This document shows, one piece after another, positions 50,777 through 64,000 of a DNA stretch of 64,000 nt. Below the pieces are notes generated by a model. That model ran no database searches and was not told where the DNA came from. It saw only the letters and a list, made by a program, of their open reading frames with translations. A program made the translations under genes and the position numbers. This DNA comes from Amoebidium appalachense (Eukaryota > Protista > Ichthyosporea), in contig CAVNZM010000002.1 in NCBI GenBank assembly GCA_963693365.1, positions 930,001 through 994,000 on the forward strand, written 5' to 3'. How positions within the stretch are numbered: position 1 is the first letter of the stretch; each line of letters begins with the position of its first letter.

Positions 50777-51079
50777 CTAGCTTTCATTCCGAAGTTTACT
50801 GTAAAGAATTAAAATTTAGAATCTGAGTAATAGTACAGAGCCTTTGCACTTTTCTCTGTTTGTTAGGAATTCTTTGTGATCGAGAGTATGGTGTGTTAGA
50901 CTATTGGTGTTAATGTGTCCTGGAAGGTGTATAATGTCTGCTGGCCGTAGTCAGTATCTATTTTTAGGTATATAGTATATTTTTAAATGTTGGCCGCTGG
51001 CCAATAAATAGCAAATAATAAACACACGATAAAGTCAACAGCGTGCCAAAAAACTAATCCCCAGCGAGCGCACCCAGTG

Positions 51080-51080
<1 letters not shown>

Positions 51081-51160
<80 letters not shown>

Positions 51161-51290
51161 CGCGCGTGCGTGCGTGTGTGTGTGTGTGTGTGTGCGTGCG
51201 TGCGTGCGTGTGTGCGTGTGTGCGTGTGTGCGTGTGTGCGTGTGTGTGTGTGAGTGTGTGTGTGTGTGTGTGTATGTGTGGTGTGGTGTG
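51081..51290. repeat. (TG)n/(CG)n microsatellite downstream of the transposase polyA signals
   Basis: Directly visible; AATAAA at ~51003 and ~51017 precede it. Confidence 0.9.
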
Positions 51291-52492
51291 TGCGCGGCTT
51301 GTACATATGTACGTGTTCATGTGCACCTGTGTCGGACCTACGAAGTACATGAAAGTAAATTTTGACAGCATCGATCTGCCGGTGTGTATGTGTATGTGTG
51401 CCAGTGCAGCAGGTGTGCCTTGTAACTGATAGCTTCGCATTTTACGTGTGTGTATATATAGTAGTACGCATAGACACTTGCTGATCATTCGGATCGACAT
51501 TAATATTTAATCTGTCGGTCCTCGGTTTTTTGAGTGAATGATGATCAAGTGTAAGAGCATTCACTTGGCAAGTATTAATGTTGCAGAGGCTAGCTGCAGC
51601 TGCAAGCGTCGGATGCACACTGACAATTGTCTTTTCAGCGAGTCTAACCTGCAGGCAGCAGCTGCACACATATAGGGTTGTTATCTTGCGGCACATGCAC
51701 GGTGATCATTTCAGAGTAATAGAGTTCAGAGCAATGAAAATAATGAAAATAACTAAACTTTGTGACTACTTTAAAGTTGCTGAGATCATACGTGGTGCAA
51801 GCTGCACTATGAACACATGTATAGTGCTAGTAATTAATACATTTTTGTTGCCTTCTGCAGGGTTATCGTAGCTACGTCACGGCCTGCACTCAGGGGGGGG
51901 GGGGGAGGGGGGGGGGGGGGAGAGGGGGGATGATTCGAAGGGGGTATAAATAAGAACATGCACCTAAAGGTCTTTCCCGTGGATCCTCCCCCCTCCCCCC
52001 CACCTCTCCCTCCCCCGGGGCCCCATACTATGATATCTAGGCCCAATATTATATGCCCCTTCCCCCCCCCCCCCCCTCCTCTCCGGATCCCCGGACCCCA
52101 CTTCCCTACCCGGAGGCTCAAGAGCTCCCCCCTTCCCCTTCCCCCCCCTCCCCCCCCCCCCCCCCAAGGCTTACGGGGGCCCTTCTTCATCGAGGGGGAG
52201 GGGTGGGGGGTGGGGGGGTGGGGGGAGGGGGTGGGGGGGAGGGGGGAAGTGGAAGGCGGGGGTGGATGCATGTCAGCCTAGGTGAATTCAATTGTTTAAC
52301 TCCAGTGTGCAGGACTGGTCTGAAGGCTTAAGAAAACAACGAGGAAATGGGGTCCAGTGGAGGTGGTGGTGGTGTTCTGTGTGTGTGTGTACACGTGCAC
52401 GTATGTGTGTGGTTTTTTTAAGGGGTGAGTGGTGGTGGTGGTGGTGGTGGTGGTCACCGTGGTGGTGGTGTGTGTGTCTGGTGTGTGTGTGT

Positions 52493-52550
<58 letters not shown>

Positions 52551-53835
52551 TAGAAAGAAAAACTGCTCGTGGGTCACTGTTTTTCGTCACTGTATTTGTA
52601 ACGGGCCGCTCATATTTATATAACTACTTTAATTTAAGTACACGTGTTCATTATCATATACGATGGCCAAATATAGAAATTTTGGCGTCGAAGTTCTTGG
52701 AGCTAAAAAAACGTTTAAAAGGGGGAAATAATAGCTTGGCCCCAAATTTACCTTGCCGTTTTTAGCGAATGTATTTTTTATTCATGAGTTCTAGTGTTTC
52801 AGTGAGTGCACGTGCCTGCCTCAGGCTGATCATGACAACTGCAACACACCATTCCTACATGGATATCAACCAAAAGAAAATAGTATATACTGTGGTGGTC
52901 TCCTAAACCTTGTGCGGCATGCGCATACATGATATTACAGTGACGCATGTGCATATTATTGTTCTGTACACCGGAGTGTGCCGGTGCACGTGGCTGTTTT
53001 GTGCACATGTTACAATAGCAGCACGATCTCCCTAAACTCCATGTTTACACATCCCTCACCCTGGCTCTGCCTTGTCGGTGCTCCAAAACACACATACAAA
53101 TCCCCCTAGACTCAGTGCCTGCACATGGTCGCATTCACGTGCAGGTCACGTGACACATGCGATGCCATACTGCCGTCTACAGCAGCAACCACGGCAGCAT
53201 GTATACCGGCCCAGCACGAGATATACTTATCGGCAGCCCACTGAACTCGCCCATTTTCTCTTTTTCATGTATGTCCCTCCTTTTTTGTAAAATCACCCTT
53301 TTTGGCCTCCCGGTAGTGGATTTTGCAGGATTTGACTTCTTTGAGGTCCAAAAACCTCAAATTTTCCCCGGCGGGGCCGGGGAGGGAGAATTCAAAAATT
53401 GCCCGCTCCTGATATGGTACCCGGGCCCAAAGTGTTGTGTGTGAAAAGAAGCATGCTGGCAGTCGATCGTCACGCGAGGTTATGATCTAGGAGTAGGCAA
53501 GATGATGTCAAGCAAGTGTGTTCCGTGTTGTTTCTTCCATACACATGGCGCCCAATAAACAGTGGGAACCAATGTAGCTTAAGGGCCCTTAAATTCTCTG
53601 CTGCACGTGTCGTGCTGAATTGGACCTGCATCCACCACCACTACCTCTAGAGGCAGTCGAAGTGTTTTCCAGGAGGTCGAAGTCAACCTCTCACTTGCAG
53701 GTGCAGTGTCACGCCTGAACATGTGTCTTCCCTGCCCTTGAAACGCCAGAGCCGACATGTTCGCATGGTGGTTAGAGGGCACACAAGAACGTGAAATAGG
53801 CTTGTCAACTAGCCTTGCTCCATCTAGTGCTGACT

Positions 53836-53866
<31 letters not shown>

Positions 53867-54974
53867 AACACACACACACGCACACACTCACCCACCCCAT
53901 TCCCACAACTCCTCGGATGCCTCTTCCGTGCGACCTTGGGGAGCGACCACATTAGTTTTCACATCCCATATACACCATATACACACACTGCCTAGTTTCT
54001 GTCCAAAAACGGCGTCTCAAGTCATCACGACCGACTAGCTCATTCCGAAACAAAAAGAGTACACAGTGCTATGCCTTGGTCGACTTCGTTTATCAACCCA
54101 TACCTGTAAAAGCAGAAGCTGCCCTGGGTGGCCCTACTGTTCACAACGAAGTATATCTCAATCTATCGCTTGGTCTAGACAACACAACAGCAAAGGCTGT
54201 GTAGAAATAAACGTCTATGAGGACGAGACTCTTCAAAAATAGAGGATTTGAGAGGCCTGCGTATACTGCATACAACTGCCTGCAGTGAGAAGAGCAGAAA
54301 ACGTCCTTCTAAAGGCACAGTGAGCGTGAAGTGTCCCTTAGTTCGTACTATCAGGGTGAGAGACTCAACAAATCCCATGGCTTCTGCAGATATGGCGGAA
54401 TGGGGGGGGGGGGGGGGGGGGGGGGGGGGTTGTTGTGTTGGGATTGGCTGACGTGCACATGTGGGCAACCGGGGAGAGGGCGGGGAACGGATGGGGGGGC
54501 GGGGGGAGGGGGGGTGTTGAGAGAGCACACCGTTCGAACAATGAACATAACGTATTCAAGAAACCCGACTCACTAAAATTTGGTAGGTGCCCGTGACCAT
54601 GTCCTCATGAGGTGGCAATGGTCAGAGCCTAACATAGCACAACATGGCCCTCCCCTACACCCCCCTCCCTCCCCTTCCTTGCCCTCCCCCGCCCCCCTCC
54701 CCCCACCCCCCCTCCCCCCCTTTACTGCACACACACACACACACACACACACTGTGACACCCACCTACCCACACAAACACACACCCAGCGTCACTCTCTC
54801 GAGCTCGACAGGGACTCCTCAAGCGTGATGTAGTAAAGGGTGGGAAAATGTACTGTAAATCAATGAACCAATAGTAAGAGGGGGGAAGACGGCCGGGAGG
54901 GAAGGGGTGAGAGGGCAGGGACTCGATGTTGGGATGAGGAGGGGAAAAAAGGGAAAGATGAAGACAGTATGTAC

Positions 54975-55003
54975 CACGGCCCTCTGAAAAAAAGAGGGCC
55001 GTG
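54975..55003. mobile_element. 29-bp hairpin micro-element with 8-bp TSD
   Basis: CACGGCCCTCT-GAAAAAA-AGAGGGCCGTG flanked by GTATGTAC at 54967-54974 and 55004-55011. Confidence 0.7.
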
Positions 55004-57400
55004 GTATGTACGCTGTCACCTACTGAGGTGACTCGTATTTTTCCCTACACACACAGCGAACACTGGACTCTCGGGACCGTGGAGCCGCCGCGAGAGAAAG
55101 CATGCACGCGGTCACCGTTAGCCTGTACGTGCCAGGTATGTACGACGGTCGTGTCAGTCTGTCGGACTCGGGTAGGATTTTGTGAGTAAAGATTGGAATG
55201 TTTGCCATTTTAGCTAATAGAAACCTCACGGCAGCCAATCAAAGTAGTTTGTTATTTTCCAACTGGCTGGGTTCTTCCGAAACTTGGTGGTGCCATAGAT
55301 AATACTTCCTTCAGCAGGCTCTTATATATAATATAGTAATAGAAAAATATAAAAACAAGCATGTACATTACCTTTTTATTTTTCATTTTCCTCGTCGTTT
55401 ATATGAACAGTGGATCCCGGGGCCCGCGAGACATCTGCACTTGACGATCAGATGGGACGATCGATCGGCGAGGTTCGGTACCGAGAAAAATTCTGAGCTG
55501 GCTTGCGTGTGTGAGGTCTGTACAGAAGTTTTGTGCGGTTTAGCTTCTACCGGCCTTGCTCTGTTGCAAGCTCATAGGAAACCTTAGAAACTAGATTTCT
55601 AAAGGTAGAAAGCACGGTAGTTGAGGTGGTGTATTTACTGTTGAGAATAGTGCTTAGGATATTGCGCTTAAGAAATAGTTAGAGCTGCAGGCATTTTACA
55701 AGGCCTAGGGGTGTACAAGGGTAGCGTTTCGCGAGTGGCCAGAGAGCCTTCAAAGAGTGACGAACGAAATCCTCCATCTCAAGCAAACACAAAAGTTGGA
55801 AAGTAGTAGCAATTCACTCGACAGAGGGGCCGCATAGTGGCGGAAGTTTTTTTTTCAACAACTCATAGAAACATCTTACCGTTTGGGCTTCAGGCGTGAA
55901 CACACGCAAGCAAGGACACGCTGTGCTGTTCGGCTCTACTGGCCGTGCATGTTTTTGTTTCAGGCAGGAGGTATCATAGGTACATTTTTTTCCGCACCAG
56001 AACCAAGCACCTCTTGTTTTAAACCTTGAACATTCAGGTTGAAGTCTTGCAACCAGCCTGGACGGAGGTGAATAGGGAAGGTGAGTTTGGCCCTTGATTT
56101 CTCTCTCTCTCTCTTCCATTTTTTTTTGCTGAATGAAAGGGGGGGGGGGATAGCAGTTCTCGTCTTGTACGCACGTACGTTTTTTTGAGTCTGGAATTAG
56201 GGCATGGAATGAGGAAGAACTTTGTTGAACTGCACATAAACTGCACGTACTCTTGTCACACTTTTTGGCTTTGGACGTAGGTGGAGTAGGGGGCATCTAC
56301 TGGTGTCGGTTTTTTAGTGAAAGACAACGGGGTGTGTATTCGCGGAATTGACGTTTTGAATTGCTTTTATATCTGCTTGCTTCTTGTTTTGACCAATTCC
56401 GAGCTCGCCTCTGGGTTTGTCCATGTCGCAGGTACACCATACACGTTTTTGCAGTAACTGGTGGATGTGAGGCACTTACCTCTTTTGGTTAGGTTTTTTC
56501 AGGGGGACGAAGGGGGTTTTTTTTAGCCCCGTCCTTTTCCGCCGAACCCCATCCCTCCTAGCTTGTGTACTCTGATGTTTTTCGAGTAAAACCATGCGCG
56601 TGGAGTTGATAGTGTTTTGTTAGTTTGCACATTTTCACTCTAGGGCGTACGCAAGAGTGTCAGCCTAGCACCTCTCAAAGTTTAACCATGTTCACACACC
56701 ACGTGCGAGGGCGTTTGTTTGCTTGAGGATTCCAAAGTGCACTTTGACTTGGTGATTGTGGAAAGGCAGGGTTCTTTTTTCTTGTGTTTCGTGTAGGCAC
56801 ATGCTGGGCTGATTGTTTGGCTAGAACCTACCACTGGGTCAGGTTGCCTGGGTTTGTGAGTTTTACATACTGTTGGGTGGAATAGTCATATGTGCATGCT
56901 ACGTGTTTTCATCCTCGTTCTTGTTGTTGTACTAGAACGGCTCGTGGCTTTGTGTCGCTTCTCCTGCCATGGGTATTCCTTACTTGTTTGGGGATGCTAC
57001 AGCAATTGAAAAACACTTGTTCTTGATGCATAGTGGGTATGCAAGGGAGTTCCCTTGCTGTATCCATAGTTGCGCCTAACTCATTTTGATAGCTGGAGTT
57101 GTGTTGAGGTGTGTGTGTGTGTTTGTGTGTCAACTTGTTGAGTGGTCTGTCCATCTGCCTGTGTGTGTTTCCTTCGTACTCATGATCAACCCTATTCAAC
57201 ACTACCAAAGAAAGCGTAGGAACCAAATACGCCTCTCATATGTATGAGTTGAAGGAACAGTCTGGTCCCCATGCTGACGATGTGGGGGGCAGGGCCGTAG
57301 GGGTGTGGGGCGCCTAGCATCTGCTATGGGTCCCGCCTGAACTGGGCCGGGAGGCAAACACCGACAGAGCAGGCCGCGTGCCTGCCTCACAGATGCCGAC

Positions 57401-63161
<5,761 letters not shown>

Positions 63162-63221
63162 GTACGTGCCCTCCTCAATACACCACACACACACACATGC
63201 ACGCGCATACATGTACATACA

Positions 63222-63256
<35 letters not shown>

Positions 63257-64000
63257 AATCCACCTCCCTCTTCCTTTCTGCACGCTTAGATTGTTTGAAT
63301 TTGGATTTCCCACTTTTGTGACGTTTTGTTGTTGCTCTTATTTCCAACCCTCTAACACATACATCCCCCCCCCCCCCCCCCCCCCCCCCCCTCCTCCCCC
63401 TCTGATTGTGTCACTTTCTCTCTTGGCTCCCCCCCCCCCCCCCCCCCCCCCCCGACTTTCTCTCCCCCTCGCTCTTTCACAAATACAGGCACCGACTTTC
63501 TCTCCCCCTCGCTCTTTCACAAACACTCGCACACTCTGATTCTTCCCTTTGCCAAAGCCTGCCTGCATTCTCTCTCCCCGTTGTGTGCATGCATTCACGT
63601 GCACATACACACACAGACATACACTACATTTTTCTTGTGGATCATGCTTTGCCTTTTGTTGCAGTATTACAGTCCAAACAATGGTGCATGTCGAAATAGG
63701 ATTTCTGGTGGTGCATATGTGATGTGCATGGGTTCGAGTGCGTGCGGGCGCTCATGTGTGTGTGTGTGCGTGTGCGTGCGTGTGTTTGGGCGTGAGACAC
63801 GCGTGTGCGTGTGCGTCTGCGCCTGCGTGTGCGTGTGCTTGTGTGTGTGTGTGTGTACACGTGTGTGTGCCTGTGCCTGTACGTGAGCGGGGGTGTATGC
63901 CGCGTACACCATGCTCTCTTTTTCGTAGGGCGGGGTTGAGATTTTACTTGCTACGTTTTCGGTGTGTTGCACAGTTTCTGGGGTCTACTCTCAGTATGTC

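Noticed and set aside
42415-51080. Candidate transposon TIRs CACTG..GGGTGCG / CGCACCCAGTG
   Set aside because: Too degenerate and no flanking TSD; the element ends remain undefined.
51515-51560. U2 snRNA-like words (CTCGG..TTTTG..GATCAAGTGTA) as a possible Dada target; similar words at ~5768
   Set aside because: The matches are short and gapped, with no continuation of U2 and no other half at the left flank.
51878-52320. Possible MITE bounded by CACGGCCTGCAC / GTGCAGGACTG
   Set aside because: Imperfect TIR and no TSD.

Overview
Eukaryotic, intron-rich DNA full of poly-G/poly-C runs and (CA)n/(GA)n microsatellites, so most ORF-track entries are low-complexity artefacts. It is possibly from a unicellular opisthokont, but the taxon cannot be established here. 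I hand-spliced seven genes: a metallo-beta-lactamase/glyoxalase-II-like hydrolase (-, runs off the left edge), an SLC13/DASS permease with a TrkA-C domain (-), a ZupT-like ZIP zinc transporter (-), a secreted PAN/apple-like protein with a 1-bp frameshift (-), an OST3/OST6 (MAGT1/TUSC3) subunit (-), a ~1,540-aa Dada-type DDE transposase with an embedded DEDDy 3'-5' exonuclease (+), and a G-protein alpha subunit (+, runs off the right edge). The 20-29 kb region holds nested non-autonomous elements. The most unusual signals are: (1) a 1,006-bp hairpin-ended element whose two ends, if joined, exactly complement an internal 20-mer (a circular-intermediate signature), carrying a 97-aa spliced micro-gene; (2) a structured repeat family that sits in introns in host-sense orientation and ends at poly-C runs; (3) 24-33-bp hairpin micro-insertions with target-site duplications; (4) the transposase-exonuclease gene, which has no visible termini and an A-AAA-AAG frameshift. 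All calls are by eye, with no database searches.
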